Source: Candidatus Poribacteria bacterium
GTDB lineage: Bacteria > Poribacteria > WGA-4E > WGA-3G
NCBI GenBank assembly: GCA_028821605.1
Contig: JAPPFM010000016.1
Location: 5,785-69,784 of the forward strand
Direction of reading: 5' to 3'
Length of the DNA: 64,000 nt
Shown: piece by piece, positions 39,607-49,329 of the stretch
Numbering within the stretch: position 1 is the stretch's first letter
How the letters are laid out: each line of letters opens with the position of its first letter
Program-made: the position numbers and the translations under genes
Notes under the pieces: generated by a model
Database searches by the model: none
What the model was told of the DNA's origin: nothing
The model's input: only the letters and a program-made list of their open reading frames with translations

Positions 39607-41610
39607 ATGAAAATCTTAACAATGGGACTGCTCATTCTGGTAGTGATGGGTGGACAACTGAGTGCTGATGACCACTCGGCAACTAACAACAAAATTACAC
39701 TGAGTCTTGATGGGGCATCAAAAGTGTTAGTAAAAGGCTTCATCGCCCCAATTGAATATACACAATACAACTTCCATGTGGATTGGGACGAATTGGCGAA
39801 CCTACGGGTTGCTGCGCCAGAGAAAAGGTATCCAACGTCGATTTTCCGTGCTTTTCTGCCCTCCGAAGCGGTTTCTGTCGGCGACCTCTGGCAGATTGAG
39901 GAAGAGGGCACGCTGGAATTACTGAGGCAACTGAACCCCAACCCGAGGCTGGACCTGGACATCAATGCGGGAGATTCCCGCGGACTATGGGCATGTCTGC
40001 GCGCCTACAATGATGAATTTGCTGAGATTGTATTCCGCATCCATGCAGAATTTGTCTTAAACGACGGGCGATTCACTCCCTCTCAGTTTACAGGATATCT
40101 TGTTATTGATCGAATTAGAGAGGAGATTGCCGCCTTCAAGATGTATGTTCCTGAAGGTATACTGAATTTTGATGTCGGACGAAACAGCACCCGAGCTATA
40201 GATGTCGGTTTTTGTCCGCAAATAGAACTCCGTACGGGGAAGCAAAATGTTGTGCGAGAGAGTAAGTTCACAGAAGCCATCACGCACCTGGAAGCGGAAC
40301 GCTCTCTAATACGACGTTTCTACAAATCGCAGCAGATCGAATGGGTATCTTTAGAGGAGGCATTGGAGATGGCACCAGCACAAGGGAAGCCGGTTCACGT
40401 TATCTCCATAGATGGACCTCTTGCGGATGAGTCGTGCTGAGGGAGCGGAAAGACTTTGAGGGCAGGTGTCCTCTCCGACGACCGAATTATAAAGTACTTG
40501 AACGAAAATTTTATCAACACTTGGGTCCCCAATTCTGAATTAGGTCGCGTCCCAAGTTTGCGGGAACCGATTACCAAGAGACGCGAACGCGAATCCAAGA
40601 CGTTTGACACAACGCATGCTTTGGCACAAGCTATTATGGAGAGTTGGAAGAAAGGTTCCCCTGTAGATTGTTTTGTTATATCACCAACATTTGAATTAAT
40701 GGGGAGGCAACCTGTCAATGAACTTCTTTTTGATGGTGGAAACACACCGCGACATTACTTGACGTTTCTCCAGGAGTCTTTGGCAGGAAAGCTCCCTGGG
40801 TTTGGTGAGGATACCTCGCAACCTCCACCAGTACCTGATTCGGAGGCTTTTTCTGAATTAGATGCTGCTATGTCAAAGGATTTGAAAGTTATACTCACGA
40901 GTGAAAGACCTAAGCGGGAAGTTCTCAACATTTTTCGGACACCAAAATCAGGATACCAAGATTATACTGTCATTGAAATTGACGCTACAGCGTTTAAGGG
41001 CGAGGGGTTACTTACTATTGACATCTTGGTAGGGAGTGCTGACCCCGAGGGGTCGTTCGACCTTTATGATGGTGACACTGAACTCCCTACACGGGGTACG
41101 CCTCATAGCGCGCTCGCCTCTGCATGGGGTGTTCTCCCCGGTAAAAAGGGAACAATCAAGTATCGTTTTGACCGGGGGAAAGTTTTTAAGTTGGGCGGTA
41201 CTGGCAGTTGGTTCAGTGAGGAAGGGAGTATCAACGCTTTTTTGGCGAAAATCTCTGTTGAATCGGATCAGGAACCGGAGCCAAGAAAAGAGGCATCGGC
41301 GCGCTCAGAGCAATCTGCGGAAGATGTAATGAACGCTTTCGTGGAAGCATTCAAGAATCTTGACGCAGAAGTAATACTTTCGATGCTTACAGAGGATGCC
41401 AAAGAAACATTTGGAGATAATTTTCAGGATGTGCCAGAGGATGTGCGTACGCAGATGCGTCAAATGTTGCGTCAGATGGAGGTTTTGAGCAGCGAATATG
41501 TGGGTAATGAATTCCATTTTCGATTAAGAGTGCCGATGGCACAGCCGCCCGAGAAATCTGTTAAAATGCGAAAAGTGGAAGGTATCTGGCGCATTTATGA
41601 TATTGAGTGA
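39607..41610 (+). CDS. Candidate Cys-Sec selenoprotein, paralog 3: ORFs 39607..40440 and 40456..41610 joined by an in-frame UGA at 40438 (..DGPLADESC-U-GSGKTLRAGVLSDDR..). Has N-terminal signal peptide and extra C-terminal extension.
   Basis: Same frame, 15-nt gap, TTG-only downstream start, a hairpin 17 nt after the UGA. N-terminal MKILTMGLLILVVMGGQLSA signal peptide. Confidence 0.5.
40458..40473 (+). promoter_or_regulatory. Candidate bSECIS hairpin GAGGGC-AGGU-GUCCUC
   Basis: 6-bp stem with one G-U pair and an AGGU loop, 17 nt after the UGA. Confidence 0.4.
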
Positions 41611-41738
41611 TTCAAAGTGCGGTGCGTGGAATGACATGTATAAGCAGGTTGGACGAAGGTCTATGGATTTTCGTCCAACCTAACGGATCCACTATCATTC
41701 TTAAGGATTCTCCAAGTTTAGTTCTTTGGAGGTAATGG

Positions 41739-43067
41739 ATGAAGAACGACGATGTTGAACTGATTCAAGACAGTCTCATAGGCGATGAAAACGCGTTTGC
41801 TACTTTGGTAAGAAAATACCAAAAGCATGTCCACGCGCTTGCGTGGCGGAAGATTGGCGATTTCCATGTTGCTGAAGAGGTCACACAGGATACCTTTTTG
41901 CAAGTCTATAAGAAACTGGCAACACTAAAGGATCCGCATCGTTTTGCTGGGTGGCTTTATAGAATTGCTGCGCGTCAATGCCACGCGTGGTTGAGAAAGA
42001 AGCGGATGCAGACGCAATCGCTGGAAGACACAGACCCCGAACTGATAGAAAGGATGACGTATTCTCAATATATCGCCGAGGAGCAGGAGAGAGCTGCGAC
42101 TGACGCGCAGCGCGACATCGTCCAAAGATTGCTTGCCCGGCTGCGGGAGAGTGAACGCACCGTCGTCACACTCCACTACTTCGGGGAAATGACGGTTGAA
42201 GAGATTAGTCGGTTTTTAGGTGTGTCGGCGAGTACCATTAAAAGTCGGCTCCGTCGCGCGCGACACCGCTTAAAGAAATCGGAACCCATGATCCGAGAGG
42301 CACTGGAAGGTTTCCAAATTAGGGCGAATCTCACCGAAAATATCATGCAAGAGATTTCCCGTATGAATCCTACACCGCCTTCCTTTAGCAAACCATTTAT
42401 ACCGTGGGCGATTGCGGCTTCAACGCTTGTCCTCGTTGTGATGGCATTTGGAGCCAGCAATCAGTACCTAACACGTTTCCAACAGCCTTACAATTTTGAT
42501 GCGCCATCGGAGATGACGATAGAACTCATTGACACACCTATTGTTTTGGATCTCGCGTCGAAACCGGATGTGCGGACACAACTCGGGAAGTCTACGGAAA
42601 CCCCCAGTAAAGGCAGTGAACTTGCCCCGAACACAGATCAACCGGAATATGTGCCGAGGTTTCTCTCAGCACAGGCAAAGAAGGTTGTCCTCAACGATCA
42701 AGAACCTTCGCAGCAGGTCTTGAGCATTTTGCGAACACCGGCGGCAGGTACGCAAGATTACACTGTCGTTGAAATCGATGCGACAGCGTTTAAAGATGGT
42801 GGTGTACTCACGATTGATCTCTGGATTGGGAGCGCAGAGGCTGCTGGTGCGTTTATTCTGTTCGCGAGCGACAGCGAATTTTCCACGGACGGTATGCCTG
42901 AAGTTGTACTCACCTCGGCATCAGGGATCATCCCCGGTAAAGCGGGGAGAATCACGCACCGTTTTGACGAAGGCGAGCACTTTAAATTAGGTGCTACCGG
43001 TAATTCGTTCAGTGGAGAAGAAAAGGTCAATTCTTTTCTCGCAAAAATCTCTGTAGACGCTGAATAA
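41739..43067 (+). CDS. ECF sigma factor fused via a single TM helix to an extracytoplasmic domain homologous to the C-terminus of the adjacent selenoprotein candidates
   Basis: Sigma70 region 2 (..HALAWRKIGDFHVAEEVTQDTFLQVY..) and region 4 (..ISRFLGVSASTIKSRLRRARHRL..). TM helix (WAIAASTLVLVVMAFG). Conserved juxtamembrane RFQQPYNFDAPSEMTIELIDTPIVLDL. C-terminal ..ILRTPAAGTQDYTVVEIDATAFKDGG..FKLGATG..FLAKISV domain. Confidence 0.75.
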   Translation: MKNDDVELIQDSLIGDENAFATLVRKYQKHVHALAWRKIGDFHVAEEVTQDTFLQVYKKLATLKDPHRFAGWLYRIAARQCHAWLRKKRMQTQSLEDTDPELIERMTYSQYIAEEQERAATDAQRDIVQRLLARLRESERTVVTLHYFGEMTVEEISRFLGVSASTIKSRLRRARHRLKKSEPMIREALEGFQIRANLTENIMQEISRMNPTPPSFSKPFIPWAIAASTLVLVVMAFGASNQYLTRFQQPYNFDAPSEMTIELIDTPIVLDLASKPDVRTQLGKSTETPSKGSELAPNTDQPEYVPRFLSAQAKKVVLNDQEPSQQVLSILRTPAAGTQDYTVVEIDATAFKDGGVLTIDLWIGSAEAAGAFILFASDSEFSTDGMPEVVLTSASGIIPGKAGRITHRFDEGEHFKLGATGNSFSGEEKVNSFLAKISVDAE

Positions 43068-43208
43068 AAAAGATAGAAAGATGACGAAAATTGTAAACGG
43101 TCTCTTACACCCGCTACCGAGCCTCCCATTAGATTTATCACCATATTCAGCGTCAAAACTCCATGCCTTTAGGAAACCGGAGATATAGACGCTGCCTAAG
43201 GTTTCTCT

Positions 43209-43247
43209 TGACAAAAATTGCCAAAGATGTTAAAATATCTATAGTGT
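43209..43247 (+). promoter_or_regulatory. Sigma70-like promoter (TTGACA-N17-TAAAAT) ahead of a roughly 750-bp ORF-free region
   Basis: Consensus -35, 17-nt spacer, near-consensus -10. No ORF of 60 aa or more on either strand from 43215 to 43974. Confidence 0.35.
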
Positions 43248-43853
43248 TCGGCATAGGTTGTGATTGATGTGTTGTCGGAACACTTGTCAATGAGACAATC
43301 ACGTAAAAGCCTCACACGACTCTATATTGACAAAACCCTTTCGGGCATCCGTTGCACGTTCAGGGAAAGACGCTTAAAGGTGCATCCCGCTAAAAATCAC
43401 GTGTCATATAATTTAGGCTGACTCTCTTAGAGTCACAAGGTTGGGACATCAACCTTTGGAGTAGAAGGTGTCAGACTTGCTATCACAAGCAACCTTTGTT
43501 GATACCACAATCTCACACAAAGTACAGAATTCTAAGAATCTCTGTGCTTTAGCACAGAGAGTATGTCAATGCAAATTAACCTACCCAATCATCAGTTTTT
43601 TGTCCCGCCATTTTCTCTCCGCTGATCTCACCAAAAGGTAAACTTTCCTGTACATCCTGCCTTATTTATGATAAACTATGAAAATATCGTAAAATCTACA
43701 ATTAATTAGACATTGTAGAAGGGCGAGGATACTACGAAGAAACACCGCAGCAAAAATACCCTCACGAGCGGCGGTGGGGTGTTTGTTCCCTGACGAATTG
43801 TAAACATATTTTTGGATTTTACTATAAAGGCGTTCCGTTTATCGATTTTTTTC

Positions 43854-43896
43854 GGAATTATGCACCCTTTTCATTCCTAAACATCGTCACTGTAGG
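43854..43896 (+). promoter_or_regulatory. ECF-fusion-type promoter, distal copy (GGAATTATGCACCC...ATCGTCACTGTAG)
   Basis: First of two tandem copies upstream of 44113. Confidence 0.4.
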
Positions 43897-43970
43897 GTAG
43901 TCGGGTCAGAATTCTGTTCCGATTTACTGGTTCAGGAATTCACATTCTGCCTGTGGTATAATATTTTTTC

Positions 43971-44014
43971 AGAATCATGCACCCTTTTCGTCTCTAAGTA
44001 GCGTCACTATAGGG
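43971..44014 (+). promoter_or_regulatory. ECF-fusion-type promoter, proximal copy (CAGAATCATGCACCC...AGCGTCACTATAG)
   Basis: Second tandem copy. A TGGTATAAT extended -10 also lies at 43955. Confidence 0.45.
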
Positions 44015-44112
44015 TGATTGAAGGTGATTCTTGGAATGAAGTGGTGGGTCTGTATATGGCGTGGAACAATTTCGTCATACCTGCCTGAACGAACCGCAAG
44101 GAAAATTAAAAA

Positions 44113-47100
44113 ATGAAAAACAGTGATGTTGAACTCATTCAGCAGATTCTTGATGGTGATGATAATGCTTTCAGTGAACTTGTGAAAAAATATGAAAAGC
44201 CGGTTCACGCACTTGTGTGGCGGAAACTTGGTGATTTCCATACCGCTGAGGAGATTACCCAAGATACGTTCCTGAAAGCGTACCAGAGACTTGCGACATT
44301 GAAGAAACCGCAGCGTTTTGCGGGCTGGCTTTATGTCATAGCCGCAAATAACTGTAGTACATGGCTGCGGAAAAAGCGTTTGCGGATGCAGTCATTAGAG
44401 GAAACAAGTGTCTCACAGTTAGAAAAAGCGACATATTCCGGATATGTTGTTGAGGAAAACGAGCGGACAGCGGCGGAAGTGCAGCGTGAAGTCGTGAAAA
44501 ACTTGCTTGCGAAACTCCAAGAGAGTGAACGCACGGTGATGACCCTGCATTATTTCAGCGAAATGTCGGCTGCAGAAATCGGTGAATTTTTAGGTGTATC
44601 CGTAAATACTATTAAGAGTCGTCTTCAGCGTGCCAGGCAGCGTTTAAGGAAAGAGGAACCACTCATAAGAGAGGCGTTAGAAAATTTCAAAATCACACCG
44701 CATCTAACGGAGAACATCATGCGAGAGGTTTCACGTATGAAGCCTACTGCACCGTCTGGTGGTAAGCCGTTAATGCCGTGGGCACTTTCTGCAGCAACAG
44801 CCATTGTTATTTTTCTCATAATGGGAGTAGGATCTCAATACCTTGCCCGCTTTCAAAGACCCTACAATGTGGATGCACAATCGGAAACCACCATTGAAAT
44901 TATTGACGCGCCCATCGTCCTTGACACACAGGCAAAACCTGATTTACGGAACCAAGCGGGGCGGTTCGATACCATTGGCAAGAATGTCGGTGCTGGTGCG
45001 CAACTTTCGGAACCTGTTGCACTTGGTGCAGCGCAGGTAGAAAAAGAAGTACGACCGTCAACGAAACAGCAGTGGATACAAGCAAGCGGACCGGAAGGCG
45101 GTGCGATATCGGGTTTGCTGGCAAGTTCCAGCGGAGATGTCTATGCTGCCTCCTCCATTGGTATCTATAGGTTGAGTCCAGATGCTCAGGCGTGGACGCT
45201 TGTCAACACTACCGTTCCGACGACCGATCCATCAAATTCTGAACCCTCTGGTCTGATACCGATGGCAGAGCGAGGTGATGTCCTCTATCTTGTTTCCACT
45301 GATAAGGTATTTGCCTCGACCGATAGAGGCGAAACATGGAAGTCATTTGGTGTGCGTCCAAAGGGATCTGCTGTCGGTTTAGTGGTAACGGATAAAGCAT
45401 TGTATCTTGGGCTTCGAGAGAAAGGGGTTTTCAGGTACACGGATACTGATAAGCAGTGGACTTCTCTAACTGATGGGGCATTGGATGGAAAAGTGTTCGC
45501 ACTGACTGCGCTTGGAGATACAGTATTTGTTGGCACGAACCGAGGTCTCTATCGCCTAAGCTCAGGCGTGTGGGAAAAGTTATCGGTAGAGACTACCAAA
45601 TCCGTTCAGTCCTTGGCGGTTTCTGGAAACAATCTCTATATAGGTACAGGGCTGGATTTTTATGAATTCAATGAAGAGATTGATCCCGTGGCAATAGGAC
45701 AGTTGATGGGACAAATGTTCATGAACAATAAAGGGGCATACGAGATTTTCCACTCAACTGATTTGGGAGATTCGTGGACTGAGATAACGCCCACAAACAG
45801 ATCTATTACCAGAATAATATCACTGGGTATCAGAGTCGTGGCTGTCGGTGATACTCTCTTGGCACTTGGGGTGGGTGGATTTCGTTCAACCGACCGTGGA
45901 CAAACGTGGACAGAATTTGCCCTCAATGAGAATTCACTGACTTTGAGTATATTTCCAGCTGTGAGCGTAAACGAAAATACTTTTTTCAAGGCGGGACCCC
46001 TCGGTGCTACACGTTCAATTGATGGTGGCGCGTCATGGCATCGCTTTATGGCAAATATGGTGGGGACCAGAATACTGGATTTAGTGGAATTTAAAAATGG
46101 TCTCTACGCCAATACCGGCAGAACTGTTGTCAAATCGGTTGACGGTGGGGAGTCTTGGAAACGTGTTTTTGTTGATTTTAGTGTCTCTGCACTTGAACCG
46201 ATAGAGAAGAAAAACCGCACAAGTCAAATCCATTTCCCAAAGTTAGCGGTTGCCGATGGTGTGTTTTACATTGTTACACCGGAAAAAAGCAAACTGCGCG
46301 TTTTTCATAAATCTGTTGACGGCAACACACTAACCTCAATTGCAGGCATGCCCGTTTTGGGAAAAGATGTTTCCAGAAATGTACAAGAGGCAGAGCAGGA
46401 CGAAGCGTATGAAAAAGTTATGGCAGATGACACCGCTAATACCATCGAAAAAGCAGGTAAGGTAACTGGTATTTTCAGTAATCTCCTTGAAGCACTACAA
46501 GAGGAACAGGAAGAACGGGAATTGGTCGAGGCTGGTGGATTTGCGGTCAGTGGAGATACATTTTACCTGGAATATAAACGAGGGCTTTTCAAATGGGAAC
46601 CGGGCGAACCAGAATGGGTGCATACGGGGTTAATAGATGCCAGTGAACAGAATGATGACGAACTTGACAGAGGATTCCAATTAGCGGTTTCCGGGGAGAC
46701 GATCTACGTAGGAAAACGCGACGGTCATCTTTTTCGATCACTCGATGGTGGTGACACATGGAGAGACTTAACTCCAAATTTACCGCTCCGTTTTACACGT
46801 TTCAACGAGATAGTCTTCACGAATTCAACGGTGTATGTCGCCACGGACGCAGGTGTTTTGGCATCGCAAACTGGAGAAGATTGGCGCGCGATAACCGATA
46901 AGGTGGGGACGCACATCGTCATAGATCGCTTGGCTATGGCAGACACGGAGGTTTATGGTGCTGGCGATCCTGGTGTTTACCGGTTGAACAGTCGAAACAG
47001 GTGGGAAAAAATCTCGCCGGAAGTTCCAGATGGTGTTGTTGCTCTTGTTATCAATGGTAAGAGACTTTATGTAGCTACCGAACAGCGCGGGATGTTTCAC

Positions 47101-47139
47101 GTCTTGCTCGAAACAGAAAATGATTCATTAACGCAATAG
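44113..47139 (+). CDS. ECF sigma factor fused via a TM helix to a BNR/sialidase-like repeat (beta-propeller) extracytoplasmic domain
   Basis: ECF sigma regions 2 and 4, TM helix, conserved juxtamembrane RFQRPYNVDAQSETTIEIIDAPIVLD. Multiple S-T-D-x-G-x-T/S-W BNR motifs (STDRGETW, STDLGDSW, STDRGQTW, SIDGGASW, SVDGGESW, SLDGGDTW). Confidence 0.8.
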   Translation: MKNSDVELIQQILDGDDNAFSELVKKYEKPVHALVWRKLGDFHTAEEITQDTFLKAYQRLATLKKPQRFAGWLYVIAANNCSTWLRKKRLRMQSLEETSVSQLEKATYSGYVVEENERTAAEVQREVVKNLLAKLQESERTVMTLHYFSEMSAAEIGEFLGVSVNTIKSRLQRARQRLRKEEPLIREALENFKITPHLTENIMREVSRMKPTAPSGGKPLMPWALSAATAIVIFLIMGVGSQYLARFQRPYNVDAQSETTIEIIDAPIVLDTQAKPDLRNQAGRFDTIGKNVGAGAQLSEPVALGAAQVEKEVRPSTKQQWIQASGPEGGAISGLLASSSGDVYAASSIGIYRLSPDAQAWTLVNTTVPTTDPSNSEPSGLIPMAERGDVLYLVSTDKVFASTDRGETWKSFGVRPKGSAVGLVVTDKALYLGLREKGVFRYTDTDKQWTSLTDGALDGKVFALTALGDTVFVGTNRGLYRLSSGVWEKLSVETTKSVQSLAVSGNNLYIGTGLDFYEFNEEIDPVAIGQLMGQMFMNNKGAYEIFHSTDLGDSWTEITPTNRSITRIISLGIRVVAVGDTLLALGVGGFRSTDRGQTWTEFALNENSLTLSIFPAVSVNENTFFKAGPLGATRSIDGGASWHRFMANMVGTRILDLVEFKNGLYANTGRTVVKSVDGGESWKRVFVDFSVSALEPIEKKNRTSQIHFPKLAVADGVFYIVTPEKSKLRVFHKSVDGNTLTSIAGMPVLGKDVSRNVQEAEQDEAYEKVMADDTANTIEKAGKVTGIFSNLLEALQEEQEERELVEAGGFAVSGDTFYLEYKRGLFKWEPGEPEWVHTGLIDASEQNDDELDRGFQLAVSGETIYVGKRDGHLFRSLDGGDTWRDLTPNLPLRFTRFNEIVFTNSTVYVATDAGVLASQTGEDWRAITDKVGTHIVIDRLAMADTEVYGAGDPGVYRLNSRNRWEKISPEVPDGVVALVINGKRLYVATEQRGMFHVLLETENDSLTQ

Positions 47140-47298
47140 GACTTACGCGAAATTGAGCCGGAACGCGTCTCTTGCTATGGGATAAAACAGTTACCATCAT
47201 GGAGTGCGTAAGTCCTACTGAAAAAATTAACATCCAAACTTAACATCCAAACATGGAGTGGTTACGTTTACAAACCTCACGCTCCTAAGGAGAAAACA

Positions 47299-49164
47299 AT
47301 GAAAAAGCAATGTTTACACGCATTCTTCACCGTATTGGTGCTTCTGACAACGCTTCTATTTGCCGGTTTTAATGTGGCAGAATCCGAACAGACACCCACA
47401 GATACGCCGCAAAAATTTGAAAACACACGAGTTGTCCCAGACAGCAGTATTCTGAATCTAATTCCGAAAGAGACTGTGGGTGTTGTCTACTGTCCCAACA
47501 TACTGGAAGCGGATAATAGGATTAACGCACTGATGACTGAGCTTGCCCCTGGATCCGAGGCACTCGAAATACCGGCGAAAGCCTTGGCGCATATCTTCCC
47601 TGCGGAACTTTTGACGGATATTTTCGTGGATAAATTTAAAGGTTTAACCGATTTTGAAAAAATCGGATTGGATCTGAATCAAGACTTCGCAATTTTTATT
47701 ACCAGTTTGCAGCCACTGCATCTCTCCGCACTCATGCGTCTGACAGATCCTGAGGTAATGAAACAGGTGCTTGAAGCGGAAGGAAGTACACCCACAGAAT
47801 ATAAAGGCGTAACCTATTGGAACACCACAAAAGGGAATCAGAGTTTTGCTATTTTAGGGGATACCCTCGTTTTTTCAATGCCTTCTGGGGCTTGTGAAAA
47901 CGTTATTGATACCTATAATGGGACGCGGCAGGCTATCGCACAGAACCCAAATTACAGCACTTTCCTTGCCGACATTTTGGCAGAGGACGATCAGGTGGGA
48001 GTCTGTTTTGATATTGCTAACCTTACTGCTACCCTTGATCTTCCGCTTGGAGAAGCATTGGAGTCCATCACGGATACCCTCAAGGAGGGAGACGAGGCAT
48101 CCAAGACAGTTGCATCTTTCCTCGATGATCTGCCCGTAGAGCAAGTAGAATTCATTGAGCAGTTGCTGTCTATGAACGCGAGAATTGAAATAGAGGGAAC
48201 CACTCTTCAAATCAAGCCGTTCCTAAAATTCGGAAACGATAGTGAATTTTTGGAAATCTTGGAAGAGAGGTCTAATGAATTAGCTTTCCTCAATGAGCTT
48301 CCAAATCGTGCAGCTACGAACGGTGCCGTTCAAGGTTGTCCACGATTGCTGAGTGAGCTGAGTAGGCTCTGGTTACCTATTTTACCAAACAAAACTCCAG
48401 AACAGCAGGCGCAACAAGAGTCACTCCTCGAACAGGTGAAAGATTTTCATGAATCTCTCGTGGATCAATGCAGTGTTTCTGCCGCCTTTGGGGATAACAT
48501 TTCAGGGGATAACATTTCACCGGATTATCTATTCATTTATGAACTGAAAGATGAACACGCTGCTAAAGTTTATATGGATGAGATATTTCTGGAACAACTC
48601 AATGACCAAGGCATTCGTATGGGTAAATCGATAATGCATAACCGCATTGAGATTAAAAGTTACGTCTTTCCCAGTCTCAAAGAGACACTTCCAGTGGAAT
48701 TGCCAGAGGAAATTTCTGGTTTGATCCCGACCGAATGGCACTGGTCTTATGCGTTCACTGAGGGGCAGCTGCTTTTCTCAGTGGGTACGGGTCCAGGATC
48801 AATTCAAATGGCACTTGATAGAAGATTAGGAAACGAGGAAAGGTTTTCTGACCATCCGAGTTATCAGAAACTCGTTGAAAACTTAGGGAGTGATAACAAC
48901 ATTTTCGTTGCGATCTCCCCGACTATTCTTGCTAAAAATTCTGCGTCGATATTAGGGGGAATGGACCCAGACAATGCAGGGATGCAACTTATTGCGGGAC
49001 TCTTCATGAGTCTGCCGGAGAACTACAGTATCGGTCTTTCTGCCAAAAAACGGGACAGTAGCAGCATTGGTGCGAAACTGTTCATTGATCTCGGTGATTT
49101 CAAACAGTTTATACAAATGATAACGATGATGGGTCAAATGGTCCAGATGCCAGAGATGCAATAA
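47299..49164 (+). CDS. Secreted hypothetical protein (partner gene of the 44113 sigma fusion)
   Basis: Signal peptide, no recognisable domain. The 160-nt gap after the sigma-fusion gene suggests co-transcription. Confidence 0.5.
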   Translation: MKKQCLHAFFTVLVLLTTLLFAGFNVAESEQTPTDTPQKFENTRVVPDSSILNLIPKETVGVVYCPNILEADNRINALMTELAPGSEALEIPAKALAHIFPAELLTDIFVDKFKGLTDFEKIGLDLNQDFAIFITSLQPLHLSALMRLTDPEVMKQVLEAEGSTPTEYKGVTYWNTTKGNQSFAILGDTLVFSMPSGACENVIDTYNGTRQAIAQNPNYSTFLADILAEDDQVGVCFDIANLTATLDLPLGEALESITDTLKEGDEASKTVASFLDDLPVEQVEFIEQLLSMNARIEIEGTTLQIKPFLKFGNDSEFLEILEERSNELAFLNELPNRAATNGAVQGCPRLLSELSRLWLPILPNKTPEQQAQQESLLEQVKDFHESLVDQCSVSAAFGDNISGDNISPDYLFIYELKDEHAAKVYMDEIFLEQLNDQGIRMGKSIMHNRIEIKSYVFPSLKETLPVELPEEISGLIPTEWHWSYAFTEGQLLFSVGTGPGSIQMALDRRLGNEERFSDHPSYQKLVENLGSDNNIFVAISPTILAKNSASILGGMDPDNAGMQLIAGLFMSLPENYSIGLSAKKRDSSSIGAKLFIDLGDFKQFIQMITMMGQMVQMPEMQ

Positions 49165-49267
49165 GTTGGGAAAAAATCGAGATTAGTTGTCGGTAGGCGA
49201 GGTTTCCTAACCTCGCCTCTTTAGTTTGTCCAATTAATTCCAAAATCCACTAATGTTTATATTTTTT

Positions 49268-49312
49268 GCAGAATTATGCACCAGCTTCACTTCTAAGTCG
49301 CGTCACTATAGG
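49268..49312 (+). promoter_or_regulatory. ECF-fusion-type promoter (GCAGAATTATGCACC...CGCGTCACTATAG)
   Basis: Conserved promoter family, 18 nt upstream of the 49330 start. Confidence 0.5.
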
Positions 49313-49329
49313 TGATCGGAGGATGATAC

